Assembly: GCA_943789475.1 (NCBI GenBank)
Contig: CALSUG010000005.1
Location: 205,470-269,469, forward strand
Reading direction: 5' to 3'
Source of the DNA: an uncultured Alphaproteobacteria bacterium
GTDB taxonomy: Bacteria > Pseudomonadota > Alphaproteobacteria > Micavibrionales > UBA1664
Length of the DNA stretch: 64,000 nt
Shown here: piece after piece, positions 1-10,115 of the stretch
Position numbering within the stretch: position 1 is the stretch's first letter
Layout of the letters: each line of letters starts with the position of its first letter
Notes under the pieces: generated by a model
Database searches by the model: none
Seen by the model: only the letters and a program-made list of their open reading frames with translations
What the model was told of the DNA's origin: nothing
Position numbers and translations under genes: made by a program

Positions 1-1092
1 CTTATTCTTATTACATTTCCGGTACATGCGGCGATGAAAACATCGGCAAAACAGGCCATTATTATTGATATGGGGACTGGTATGACTTTGTTATCAAAAG
101 ACGCCACGTCAAGAATGCCCACAAGTTCAATGAGTAAGGTTATGACCGCCTATATGGTTTTTGAGGCATTAAAGCAGGGGCGTGTCAAAATGGACACGAT
201 GTTACCTGTGTCTGAAAAGGCGTGGAAAAAAGGTGGATCAAAAATGTTCATTGAGGTCGGGAAAAGCGTATCTGTTGAAGATCTGTTAAAAGGCTTGATC
301 GTGCAGTCAGGTAATGATGCCGCGATTGCATTATCTGAAGGACTCGCTGGTGATGAGGCCGTGTTTGCAAAGGCGATGACAGAGCGCGCGCATGATTTAG
401 GAATGAAGGCAACGAACCTTAAAAATGCGAGTGGTTGGCCTGATCCAGATCATTATTCAACGGCGGCGGATTTGGCGTTATTGGCGCAACGTTTGATTGT
501 TGATTTTCCGCATGAATATTCATTATATGGGATGAAGGAATTTACCTTTGCGGGTATTCGGCAACCAAACCGTAACCCATTGCTTTATCGCAATATGGGG
601 GTTGATGGTATTAAGACGGGGCACACGGATGCTGGTGGTTATGGTTTGATTGGTTCTGGTGAGGTCGACGGTCGTCGTGTCGTGATGGTCGTGAATGGTT
701 TGCAAAGTGAAAAAGAACGTGCGGATGAATCTGCTCGCCTTATGGGGTGGGCGTTAAATGGTTTTGAAAATGCTGATTTGGTGAAAGTTGGACAAACGAT
801 TGATACCGTTGATGTAACCTTGGGCGCGGAAGATAAATTGCCATTAACCGTTAATCGCGATATTCGTGTTGTTGTTTTAAAAGGGCAAAAGGATAAAATT
901 AAATTGGAAGCATCATATAAATCACCAATTCAGGCACCTGTTAAAAAAGGTGATACAATTGGTGAGCTAAAAATATCTGTTCCAGAGGTCGGTGATTTTA
1001 ATGTGCCATTGATCGCGGCAAAAGATATTGAGGCAGCAGGATTTTTTGGACGTGCGCTTGATAAATTGGATATGATGCTGTCTGCGGAATAG
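1..1092 (+). CDS. D-alanyl-D-alanine carboxypeptidase (peptidase S11, PBP5/6-like); 5' end outside window
   Basis: The frame of ORF 34..1092 stays open to base 1. The in-frame LILITFPVHAA before the first Met looks like the end of a signal peptide. Penicillin-binding motifs are present: SxxK (SMSK), SxN (QSGND) and KTG (IKTGHT). Confidence 0.85.
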   Translation, partial: LILITFPVHAAMKTSAKQAIIIDMGTGMTLLSKDATSRMPTSSMSKVMTAYMVFEALKQGRVKMDTMLPVSEKAWKKGGSKMFIEVGKSVSVEDLLKGLIVQSGNDAAIALSEGLAGDEAVFAKAMTERAHDLGMKATNLKNASGWPDPDHYSTAADLALLAQRLIVDFPHEYSLYGMKEFTFAGIRQPNRNPLLYRNMGVDGIKTGHTDAGGYGLIGSGEVDGRRVVMVVNGLQSEKERADESARLMGWALNGFENADLVKVGQTIDTVDVTLGAEDKLPLTVNRDIRVVVLKGQKDKIKLEASYKSPIQAPVKKGDTIGELKISVPEVGDFNVPLIAAKDIEAAGFFGRALDKLDMMLSAE

Positions 1093-1104
1093 GGCGTATA
1101 AAAC

Positions 1105-1722
1105 ATGTTTATTACATTCGAAGGTGGCGAAGGATCGGGCAAAACGACGCAAATTCAACTTCTGAAAGATGCGTTAGAAGCCAAGGGGCACGATGTGATA
1201 ACAACACGGGAACCTGGTGGAACGATCGAGGCAGAAAAAATTCGTGAATTACTGGTACAACGCGATGGTGGGGATTGGACTCCAACGGCAGAGGCAATGT
1301 TGTTTTTTACGGCACGTCATATGCATGTTGAAACAAAAATAAAGCCAGCTTTAGCTGCAGGAAAAATTGTTATTTGTGATCGTTTTACGGATTCAACAAT
1401 CGCTTATCAAGGATATGGTCATGGATTTGATTTGGATACATTGAATGCGATCAAAAAGGTTTCCATTGGTAACATGGAGCCTGATAAAACATTTATATTG
1501 GATATTGATGTAACCGAAGGGTTAACCCGTGCGGGAAAACGTATGGAAGGTGATGATGACGGTTCAACGGAAGATCGATTTGAGAGAATGAAAATTGATT
1601 TTCATGAAAATTTACGCCAAGGGTATCTAACAATCGCGAAACAAAATCCAAATCGTTGTCATGTTATTGATGCGAGCGCGACAATTGATGACGTGCATTT
1701 GGCCATTTTATCGGCTATATAA
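1105..1722 (+). CDS. tmk: thymidylate kinase
   Basis: 205 aa with P-loop FEGGEGSGKTT and the DRFTDST motif. It sits in the usual position before holB. Confidence 0.9.
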   Translation: MFITFEGGEGSGKTTQIQLLKDALEAKGHDVITTREPGGTIEAEKIRELLVQRDGGDWTPTAEAMLFFTARHMHVETKIKPALAAGKIVICDRFTDSTIAYQGYGHGFDLDTLNAIKKVSIGNMEPDKTFILDIDVTEGLTRAGKRMEGDDDGSTEDRFERMKIDFHENLRQGYLTIAKQNPNRCHVIDASATIDDVHLAILSAI

Positions 1723-1727
1723 AATAG

Positions 1728-2873
1728 ATGAGCCTTTTTGAAGATGATTTTGACAATGATGATGGTTTTACGGATTCTGATGTATCCGAACCGTTATCAT
1801 CGGATGATCTTTTAAAACCACCTCATCAATCCTCACTATTTTTAGGGCATGAAAATGTCGAAAATGAAATGTTATCGCTTTGGAATAGTGGTCGTATGCC
1901 CCATGCACTTATTTTAAACGGTATAAAAGGGATTGGTAAGGCTACATTTGCCTATCGGTTGGCACGTTTTATTTTAAAAGAAAGCGAAGGTGGGGCAGGG
2001 GGGTTATTTGGCGATGATATGACACCTGAAAATTTGAATGTCGCACATGATCATTCTGTATCTTCAAAGGTGGCTAGTGGTGGTCATCCCGATATTTTAA
2101 CAATTGCACGTCCGTTTGATGAACGTAAAGGGCAATTTAAAAATGAAATTCCAGTAGATGATATTCGCAAGGTGGCGCCATTTCTGCGCAAAACAAGTGG
2201 TGATGGTGGATGGCGAATTGTTGTTGTTGATGATGCCAATATGATGAACCGCAATGGACAAAATGCATTGCTTAAAATTTTAGAAGAACCACCAAAAAAT
2301 GCGCTCCTCATGCTTGTAACCCATGGGGCAGGGGGCTTGCTTCCCACCATTCGTTCACGATGCCGTTTTGTTGCATTTGATGCGTTGGATGATGCGCATG
2401 TATCGACATTATTGAATAAGGCCGTTGATACACCTGTGATGCCATCCGACGGTGATATATTAAAGGCAATGACACATGGGTCGGCGGGACAGGCGATTGA
2501 GTTGTTACAAGATGATGGGATTAGCGCCGTACATGTTTTATTGGGTGGTTTGGCGCAAATACAAAATCTTAGCGAAGATCAAATTGATGCCTTGGCCCTG
2601 TCATACGGGAAATCAGGTGATGCAAAGGCGATTACACAATTCCACTTTATTTTAAATTGGTGGTTTGAAGCCCTGATTGATATGGCCGTAAAGGGGCAAA
2701 AAACACAATATGTTGGTGGTGTGGAATTGGAAATCCCTATGGGGTATGATTTAAAAAAATTACTGATGAAACATGAAGAGGTTGAAGCCCACATTCACGC
2801 ATGTTTAAATGGCAACCTCGATAAACGATATATGATATTTAAGACACTAAGGATGATACAAAATGACGGATAA
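1728..2873 (+). CDS. holB: DNA polymerase III subunit delta'
   Basis: Clamp-loader AAA+ features are GIGKATFAYRLARFIL, VVVDDANMMN and sensor TIRSRCR. It has an acidic N-terminal extension of about 45 aa and follows tmk. Confidence 0.8.
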   Translation: MSLFEDDFDNDDGFTDSDVSEPLSSDDLLKPPHQSSLFLGHENVENEMLSLWNSGRMPHALILNGIKGIGKATFAYRLARFILKESEGGAGGLFGDDMTPENLNVAHDHSVSSKVASGGHPDILTIARPFDERKGQFKNEIPVDDIRKVAPFLRKTSGDGGWRIVVVDDANMMNRNGQNALLKILEEPPKNALLMLVTHGAGGLLPTIRSRCRFVAFDALDDAHVSTLLNKAVDTPVMPSDGDILKAMTHGSAGQAIELLQDDGISAVHVLLGGLAQIQNLSEDQIDALALSYGKSGDAKAITQFHFILNWWFEALIDMAVKGQKTQYVGGVELEIPMGYDLKKLLMKHEEVEAHIHACLNGNLDKRYMIFKTLRMIQNDG

Positions 2874-4422
2874 AAATTACTATATTACAACGCCAATCTA
2901 TTACGTGAATGGTGATCCGCATTTGGGGCACGTGTATTCGACTACTGCGGCGGATGTTTGCGCGCGGTTTAAACGTTTGGCGGGATATAATGTTCATTTC
3001 CTCACTGGCACGGACGAACATGGACAAAAGGTTGCGCAATCGGCCGAAAAGGCAGGGGTAAGCCCATTGGCATTTTGTGATGAAGTATCACAAAAATTCC
3101 GTGATGTGTTGGAACCGTTTCAAATATCGAATGATGATTTTATTCGTACAACGGAGGAACGTCACAAGAAAACATGTCAGGCATTGTGGCAAAAATTGGA
3201 AGCCTCAGGTGATATCTATCTAGACAAATATGCAGGATGGTATGCCGTGCGTGACGAGGCATATTACGGTGATGATGAATTAACCGATGGTCCTGATGCC
3301 GATACAAAAATCGCGCCAAGTGGCGCAGAATGTAAATGGGTTGAGGAGGAAAGCTATTTTTTCCACCTGTCGAAATACGGTGACAAATTGTTGGATCTTT
3401 ATAAAAATAATCCTGAATTTATTGGGCCAAAATCTAGTTATAAAGAAATTTCAGCCTTTGTTGAAAGTGGCCTAAACGATCTTTCAATCTCTCGCACAAC
3501 ATTTGATTGGGGCGTTCCTGTGCCTGGTAATGACAAACATGTCATGTATGTGTGGATTGATGCATTGACCAACTATATCTCTGCACTTGGTCATGAAAAT
3601 GGCGAAAACAACATGATGGATCAATATTGGCCGGCAAACGTGCATTTGGTTGGTAAGGAAATTACACGGTTTCACGCGATTTATTGGCCTGCATTTTTGA
3701 TGTCGGCTAACCTACCTGTACCACAAAAAATATACGCCAACGGATGGTGGGTTGTTGAAGGTGAAAAAATGTCAAAATCACTCGGCAATGTGATTACGCC
3801 GGAAACTTTATTAGAAAGATATGGCAGCGACGGATCGCGTTATGCATTACTTCGTGAAATGCCATTTGGAAATGATGGTAATTTCTCCCATGAAAACGCG
3901 GTTGGGCGCATTAATGGTGACTTGGCCAATGGTTTAGGAAATTTGGCGCAACGATCATTATCCATGATTGCGAAAAATGCCGAGGGTAAAGTGCCTGCGA
4001 ATAATGGTTTGAGTGATGATGATAATATATTGCTTGATCTTGCATATGCGTTGCCATCACAAACAGAAACACATATTGATGCGATGCACATTCATAAATA
4101 TTTAGAGGCCGTATGGCATGTTGTGGGTGAGGCGAATGCCTATATCGATGCACAAGCCCCATGGAAATTGAAAAAAGAAGATCCAGACCGTATGAAAACG
4201 GTTCTATATGTTCTTGCCGAGGTTATTCGTTGCTGTGCAATCATGGCACAACCGATTATACCAACGGGTGCAAATAAGGTTTTGGATCAATTGGTCATTG
4301 CAGGTGATGCTCGTACATTTGCAAATGTAAATGCGGATAGCACGCTGACATCAGGAACAGAATTACCTGTACCACAAGGTGTTTTCCCACGATTGGAACT
4401 TGATACTGCCGAGGCGGCGTAG
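2863..4422 (+). CDS. metG: methionine--tRNA ligase
   Basis: 519 aa with class I signatures PHLGHVYS (HIGH-type) and KMSKS (GEKMSKSLGN). It overlaps holB by 11 nt. Confidence 0.92.
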   Translation: MTDKNYYITTPIYYVNGDPHLGHVYSTTAADVCARFKRLAGYNVHFLTGTDEHGQKVAQSAEKAGVSPLAFCDEVSQKFRDVLEPFQISNDDFIRTTEERHKKTCQALWQKLEASGDIYLDKYAGWYAVRDEAYYGDDELTDGPDADTKIAPSGAECKWVEEESYFFHLSKYGDKLLDLYKNNPEFIGPKSSYKEISAFVESGLNDLSISRTTFDWGVPVPGNDKHVMYVWIDALTNYISALGHENGENNMMDQYWPANVHLVGKEITRFHAIYWPAFLMSANLPVPQKIYANGWWVVEGEKMSKSLGNVITPETLLERYGSDGSRYALLREMPFGNDGNFSHENAVGRINGDLANGLGNLAQRSLSMIAKNAEGKVPANNGLSDDDNILLDLAYALPSQTETHIDAMHIHKYLEAVWHVVGEANAYIDAQAPWKLKKEDPDRMKTVLYVLAEVIRCCAIMAQPIIPTGANKVLDQLVIAGDARTFANVNADSTLTSGTELPVPQGVFPRLELDTAEAA

Positions 4423-4427
4423 CGACA

Positions 4428-5240
4428 ATGTACATCGATTCACATTGTCATCTTAATCATAATATGAACGGGGAGGGCGTATCCCCCGAACAATTGATCG
4501 CACAGGCGCGTGCGAATAATGTTGTTGGCCTGCAAACAATCTGTTGTCGTATGCATGAGGAATATGACCTGCTGACTTCCATCGCCGACGCGCATGACAA
4601 TGTGTGGTGCAGTGTTGGAACACACCCTCATGATGCGTCTGTCGAGGCGGAAAAGGCATATAGCGTTGATGATATTGTAAAATTGTCACAGAATCCCAAA
4701 GTGATTGGAATAGGGGAGAGTGGCCTCGATTATTTTTATGATCTTGCGGATCGTGATGATCAAAAAGTATCATTCCGCAAACATATTCAGGCATGTATCG
4801 AAACAGGATTGCCCTTAATCGTTCATTCACGTGATGCCGATGAAGATTGCATGAATATTATAACTGATGAAATTAAGAATGCGTCAAAACCATTGAATGG
4901 TGTTTTGCATTGTTTCAGTTCGGGCGAGGCGATGGCCATGCATGCATTGGAAATTGGATTTTATATTTCGTTTTCGGGTATGATCACGTTTAAGAAAATG
5001 GATTGGTTGCGCGATATCGCGGCACAGGTACCGCAGGATCGTGTTTTGGTTGAAACGGATGCACCATTTTTGGCGCCAATGCCATATCGTGGTAAAACGA
5101 ACCAGCCGGCCTATGTTGAATACACGGCATTGGAATTGGCAAAGATACATAACCTAACCCGCGAAGAAATGGGGCAGGTAACAATGGATAACTTTTTTAG
5201 CCTATTCACGAAAGCAAAGGACACATGGATAAAACCATAG
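4428..5240 (+). CDS. TatD-family metal-dependent hydrolase/DNase
   Basis: 270 aa with DSHCHL at the N-terminus, plus GESGLDYFY, IVHSRDA and VETDAPFLAP, as in TatD/YcfH proteins. It follows metG, as is common. Confidence 0.85.
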   Translation: MYIDSHCHLNHNMNGEGVSPEQLIAQARANNVVGLQTICCRMHEEYDLLTSIADAHDNVWCSVGTHPHDASVEAEKAYSVDDIVKLSQNPKVIGIGESGLDYFYDLADRDDQKVSFRKHIQACIETGLPLIVHSRDADEDCMNIITDEIKNASKPLNGVLHCFSSGEAMAMHALEIGFYISFSGMITFKKMDWLRDIAAQVPQDRVLVETDAPFLAPMPYRGKTNQPAYVEYTALELAKIHNLTREEMGQVTMDNFFSLFTKAKDTWIKP

Positions 5241-6040
5241 AGATAACAGTTCTTGGTTGTGGTGGATCGGGCGGAACACCACTGGCCACGGGGTATTGGG
5301 GGATTTGCGACCCTGACGAACCGCGCAATATGCGTACGCGTGCCTCCATCATGGTGCGTACGGAGCATACATGTGTTGTAATCGACAGTGGCCCTGATTT
5401 TCGCGCTCAAACATTGCGTGAAAATATAGAGAAAATTGATGCCATTATTTATACCCATCCACATGGTGATCATGTAAATGGTATCGATGATTTGCGCTAT
5501 GTCGCGATTAAACAACGTCGTATTCATGATGATGAAACCATTCGTGTACCTGTACACGCTGATGGTTATACGTTAAATGATTTGCAGTCGCGTTTTCATT
5601 ATATGTTTAACCATAGCCCAGATGGCGTTTATATCCCGTTGATTGAGCCAAATTTAATCAATGATTATGATGATGTCACCATTGGCGATTTAACGTTCCA
5701 ATCCTTTGTTCAAATCCATGGTAAAGGACGATCATTGGGATATCGGATCGGTGACGTTGGATATTCAACGGATACATCAGATTTAGATGATACGGCATTG
5801 AACGCGCTTAAAGGTATTGATACGTGGATTGTCGATTGTGGACAATATGATACGCCAACCGAAGATTTAACGGTACATACGAACCTTGAATGTGTTTTAA
5901 AATGGAATGAAACCGTTGGGGCAAATAAAATTTACCTGACGCATTTAACACCGCGTGCGGATTATCAAACGATTAATGCAGAGACACCAGGTCACGTTGA
6001 GTGTGCATATGATGGGTTAAAGATAACGGCAAAGGCCTGA
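5225..6040 (+). CDS. MBL-fold metallo-hydrolase (PhnP/GPCPD-like)
   Basis: 271 aa with the HxHxDH motif (THPHGDHVNG), N-terminal VLGCGGSGGTP and a downstream His/Asp ligand pattern. It overlaps the tatD end by 16 nt. Confidence 0.75.
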   Translation: MDKTIEITVLGCGGSGGTPLATGYWGICDPDEPRNMRTRASIMVRTEHTCVVIDSGPDFRAQTLRENIEKIDAIIYTHPHGDHVNGIDDLRYVAIKQRRIHDDETIRVPVHADGYTLNDLQSRFHYMFNHSPDGVYIPLIEPNLINDYDDVTIGDLTFQSFVQIHGKGRSLGYRIGDVGYSTDTSDLDDTALNALKGIDTWIVDCGQYDTPTEDLTVHTNLECVLKWNETVGANKIYLTHLTPRADYQTINAETPGHVECAYDGLKITAKA

Positions 6041-6164
6041 GAGCTTCGTTGGGATTAGTAATTTGCCTATATTATAAATATACAACATTATTTTCCATAA
6101 TATATATTATCACATTTTTATATTAAGGTTGTGAGGGCGCGTCAAAGTCCCTATCGTTGTGTTC

Positions 6165-6945
6165 ATGGACACGAATAAAGACAGATACAACCTTAACGAT
6201 TTAAAACAACTCATGGCACGCCTGCGCGATCCTGATAACGGATGTCCATGGGATTTGGATCAAACATTCGACAAGATCAAAAATTATACAGTCGAAGAAG
6301 CGTACGAAGTTTCCGATGCCATTGAACGCGGGTACCAAGGACGATCTTAAAGACGAACTTGGTGATTTACTGTTCCAAATTATGTTCCACACACAAATGG
6401 CGTCTGAAGATGGTGATTTTACATTGGATGATGTGATTGACCATGTGACGAAAAAGATGATATTTCGCCATCCACACGTATTTGGTGACGAAGACGGTAA
6501 AGATGCAAAAGATGTCGAAGAGCGCGTGTGGGAGGCTCAAAAAGCCAAAGAAAAGGCGCAAAAGGGCGATGATGCATATGTATTGGATGATGTGACACGC
6601 GCCCTGCCCGCACTATCACTTGCGAATAAGGTGCAAAAACGTGTTTGTAAGGTTGGTTTTGCCTATCCATCCATTGATGATGTGTATAAGAAGTTGAATG
6701 AAGAGATTGAAGAACTTAAACAAGCTGAAAGTGAGGAACATATTGCCGAAGAATTTGGTGATGTTTTGTTTGTAACGGCCTTGTTAGGTTATCATTTGAA
6801 AGCTAATCCTGAAAACGCTTTGCGTGATGGTGTCTTTAAATTCATCAAACGATTTAATGCGGTTGAAGATGAATTAGGTTCGCTTGAAAATGCATCATTA
6901 GATGACATGCAATCGGCATGGGCAAAGATAAAAAACAACACATAG
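6165..6945 (+). pseudogene. mazG: nucleoside triphosphate pyrophosphohydrolase MazG, interrupted by a 1-nt frameshift (possibly an assembly artefact)
   Basis: ORFs 6159..6350 and 6316..6945 are the two halves of one MazG (...EEAYEVSDAIERG / KDDLKDELGDLLFQIMFHTQ...HPHVFG). Removing one G from run 6330-6332 joins them in frame. Confidence 0.8.
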
Positions 6946-7015
6946 ATGGGCGTTTTTAAGTTATAATAAGATCATTAAACGCGACAAATATATGTGTTTT
7001 ATAAATTTAAAAATG

Positions 7016-7085
7016 CTAAGTCGTTTAAGTCGGAATGAATAATATCAATGACTTAGGTGATGGTATTTAAACTTAACCGACTTAA
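7016..7085. repeat. four copies of the core TAAGTC/GACTTA (two direct, two inverted) between convergent mazG and hflX; possible bidirectional terminator hairpins
   Basis: The copies are ctaagtcg 7016-7023, ttaagtcgg 7025-7033, tgacttag 7049-7056 and ccgacttaa 7077-7085. The last overlaps the hflX stop codon. Confidence 0.5.
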
Positions 7086-8389
7086 ATAGGTTTAATTCCA
7101 AAAACTTTTGTAAATTTGTTAAACGCGGCTTCGCCCATTGTCACATGAATGATTGCGTCATTTTCGGTGTAATCTGTTTTTGTTACGGTCGCACTTCGGT
7201 GTAACCATGCCACGGCCTTACCATCCGCGGTTGGGATGGCAAATTCATAATCCGTTTGACCAAGTGTTAGATGATAAACAAGTGTATTGAGAAGGTCGTT
7301 TATGCCCTCCCCGGTATGTGCGGAAACGGTTGCGCTTCCTGCATCTTTACGACTGACCTTTGCAAGGCGCCCTGCTTCGAATGGATCTGATTTTTGTAAC
7401 AAATCTATTTTGTTATAAACGTGAATGATATTGTCGCCATCATACTCAACGCCTAAATTATTGAGTGTTTTTCGGACTGTTGTTTTTTGATTCTGAAAAT
7501 CTTCGCTACTGATGTCATGAACATGCAAAATAATATCTGCCTCAACAACTTCTTCCAAGGTTGCGCTGAACGCCGCGACTAATTCCGTTGGAAGATTGCG
7601 AATAAACCCAACCGTGTCGGATACAATGGCTTGTTGTCCATTGGGTAATCGCATGGCGCGCATTGTGGGGTCAAGTGTTGCAAACAACATGTCTTGGGAC
7701 AGGACAGATGCCTCAGTTAATTTATTAAATAACGTTGATTTTCCGGCATTTGTATAACCAACTAAGGCGATAACAGGAAAGGATTCACGTTCACGCGCTT
7801 TGCGCTGTAATGTTCGATTTGATTTTATTTTTTCTAAATCTTTTTCAAGGCGGTTAATTTCAACATCTAATGCACGGCGGTCAAGCTCTGTTTGCTTCTC
7901 ACCTGGCCCCCCTACTGTGCTGGCCCCTCCTCGTTGTCTTTCAAGGTGAGTCCATGCACGAACAAGTCGCGATTTTTGATATTTTTTGTATGCAAGGTCA
8001 ACTTGTATTCTCCCCTCTTGGGTTCGTGCACGATCAGCAAAAATTTCAAGGATTAGCCCTGTCCTATCGATAACTTTTACATTGAGAGATTTTTCAAGAT
8101 CACGTTGTTGTCCTGGTTTTATATGTGTATCAATATAAACAAGTTCGATATGATTTTTTTCTATCTGTTCTTGAATGTTTTCAACGTGTCCTTTTGTTAT
8201 ATATGTGGCAGGGTTGATCCGTTTTATAACAGGTGAAAGTGTTGTGATGACATCAAGATTAAGTGCGTGACACAAGCCTACTGCTTCCTCTTGTAAAAGA
8301 GCGTGCTCCTCATCAGATAGTTTTATCTCAGAGGGGCAGACGATAAGCGTTTTTGTAAGTGGATTTGCAGTAGATGTGGATGTAGTCAA
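7082..8389 (-). CDS. hflX: GTPase HflX
   Basis: 435 aa with G-domain motifs GYTNAGKSTLFN, DTVGF and NKID. It lies directly downstream of hfq. Confidence 0.92.
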   Translation of the reverse strand: MTTSTSTANPLTKTLIVCPSEIKLSDEEHALLQEEAVGLCHALNLDVITTLSPVIKRINPATYITKGHVENIQEQIEKNHIELVYIDTHIKPGQQRDLEKSLNVKVIDRTGLILEIFADRARTQEGRIQVDLAYKKYQKSRLVRAWTHLERQRGGASTVGGPGEKQTELDRRALDVEINRLEKDLEKIKSNRTLQRKARERESFPVIALVGYTNAGKSTLFNKLTEASVLSQDMLFATLDPTMRAMRLPNGQQAIVSDTVGFIRNLPTELVAAFSATLEEVVEADIILHVHDISSEDFQNQKTTVRKTLNNLGVEYDGDNIIHVYNKIDLLQKSDPFEAGRLAKVSRKDAGSATVSAHTGEGINDLLNTLVYHLTLGQTDYEFAIPTADGKAVAWLHRSATVTKTDYTENDAIIHVTMGEAAFNKFTKVFGIKPI

Positions 8390-8395
8390 AAGTAT

Positions 8396-8629
8396 TTATT
8401 CTTGATCTTCTGTCATATTAACAGGGCCGCCAGGCATGATTGTTGATATGGCGTGTTTATAGACAAGTTGTATGCTTCCTTCACGACGAAGTAGCATAGA
8501 AAAATTATCGAACCATGTGATATTACCTTGCAGTTTTACACCATTAACAAGAAAAACAGTGACAGGAACCTTTTGTTTCCTGACGTTATTCAAGAACACA
8601 TCTTGAAGATTTTGATTTTTGTCTGCCAT
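8396..8629 (-). CDS. hfq: RNA chaperone Hfq
   Basis: 77 aa with Sm1/Sm2 sequence QDVFLN...[25 protein letters not shown]...VYKHAISTI. Confidence 0.95.
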   Translation of the reverse strand: MADKNQNLQDVFLNNVRKQKVPVTVFLVNGVKLQGNITWFDNFSMLLRREGSIQLVYKHAISTIMPGGPVNMTEDQE

Positions 8630-8723
8630 TCTGTCTTATCCTATTAAGTATCATCAGAGTGAATATAGTATATTGATAGTTGATATTGCTGTGACTGACA
8701 AGAAAAACTTTATAAAATAAACA

Positions 8724-10115
8724 TTAAAACAAATTTATTGAGAATGAGAATAAATTTTCGACATCAGCTGTGGCACTACTTTTGGCTAGTATTATAACGG
8801 TATCAAGTGAGCTTATTTCAGTATCAGAAGTTGGAAAAATCAATTTATTTGTTTTATGGCAGTGTACACTGACGATTGAAATATTTTTGGGTAACTGTAA
8901 TTCTTTAAATGGAACATTTACGATACCGCAATCCTCTTTTACTTGTGCTTCAATTAGATCATAACCTGTGTCACGTATGGAGTTAACGGATTGAATATGT
9001 CCATGGTGTAGATTGTGCAAGATTCGTGAGACCGTAATTATTTCAGGATTTACAATAGCATCAATAAAACGGTCAGGAAGAAGTTGGTTGTAGAGTTTAT
9101 TCGTACTTAGTGCAATGGCGTATTGAGCTCCCATTTTTTTTGCAAGTACAGACGAAAGTATATTGTTTTCATTACTGTTCATAACACTTACGAAAACAGA
9201 GGATTTCCCAACATTGGCTTCTTGTAATAAGTCATCATCAAGGGCTGATCCATTGAGGATGAGTGTGTTCTTATGAATCTTGTTTAGATGTCGTGCGCGA
9301 TCTAAGTTGTTTTCGATGATAATAATGTTGTTTTTTGATAATGTTTCATGGTTTTTTATATGTTCACATAGAGCTTCACCGATAACGCCACCACCGGCAA
9401 TAACGATATTGTTAGAGTAAATATCATTGTTATTACCGAGTCGTTCTAAAACATTCATTAGATGTGTTTTTTTGCATATGACATATATTTCATCGGCATC
9501 ATCAATGGTTGTTGTTTCCGTTGGAATGATAAATTTGTTGTTTTTTATCATTGAGATAATACGAAAATCATATTCACGATTTGCAATGTACAAATCACCA
9601 ATCGTTTGTCCTGCAAGTTCATTATCATGAGTAGCAATAAATCCAAAGGTATGAACATTGCCTTTTACCAGTTCCATGTCATTTGTTGTGCCAGGGATGT
9701 TCATGCGTTGTAAGATGGATTCTGCGATCTCTTCTTCTGGTGAAATGATAATATCAATGGGCATATGGTGTTTTGAAAATAGATTTGACCATGCTGGATC
9801 TCTGTATTCTTTATTACGAATCCGTGCAATTTTTTTACTAATACCAAAAACAGAATGGGCAACCTGACATGCGACCATGTTGACTTCATCGCAATCTGTT
9901 ACGGCAATAATAATGTCCGCTTCGTTTGCACCAGCTTTTTTTAACATTTCTGGCTCAGAGGCATGGCCGACAATACCTGTAATGTCATAGGTATCGCTAA
10001 CACGACGGACAAGAGATGCATTCGAGTCTATAACTGTAATATCATTATCTTGCATAGATAAATAGCTGGCTATGGATAGGCCAACGCGCCCTACCCCACA
10101 TATTATTATTTTCAT
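8724..10115 (-). CDS. trkA: Trk potassium uptake system protein TrkA
   Basis: 463 aa with two Rossmann NAD-binding halves (IIICGVGRVG and IVIAGGGVIG), each followed by a TrkA-C-like region. It sits in the alphaproteobacterial position between ntrX and hfq. Confidence 0.88.
   Translation of the reverse strand: MKIIICGVGRVGLSIASYLSMQDNDITVIDSNASLVRRVSDTYDITGIVGHASEPEMLKKAGANEADIIIAVTDCDEVNMVACQVAHSVFGISKKIARIRNKEYRDPAWSNLFSKHHMPIDIIISPEEEIAESILQRMNIPGTTNDMELVKGNVHTFGFIATHDNELAGQTIGDLYIANREYDFRIISMIKNNKFIIPTETTTIDDADEIYVICKKTHLMNVLERLGNNNDIYSNNIVIAGGGVIGEALCEHIKNHETLSKNNIIIIENNLDRARHLNKIHKNTLILNGSALDDDLLQEANVGKSSVFVSVMNSNENNILSSVLAKKMGAQYAIALSTNKLYNQLLPDRFIDAIVNPEIITVSRILHNLHHGHIQSVNSIRDTGYDLIEAQVKEDCGIVNVPFKELQLPKNISIVSVHCHKTNKLIFPTSDTEISSLDTVIILAKSSATADVENLFSFSINLF

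Noticed and set aside
6041-6158. AT-rich spacers (6041-6158, 8630-8723, 26041-26169, 50275-50344), checked for ncRNA genes, riboswitches, DnaA boxes (TTATCCACA) or CtrA boxes (TTAA-N7-TTAA).
   Set aside because: I could read no convincing conserved structure or exact box by eye. Covariance-model scans (Rfam) would be needed, so nothing is claimed.
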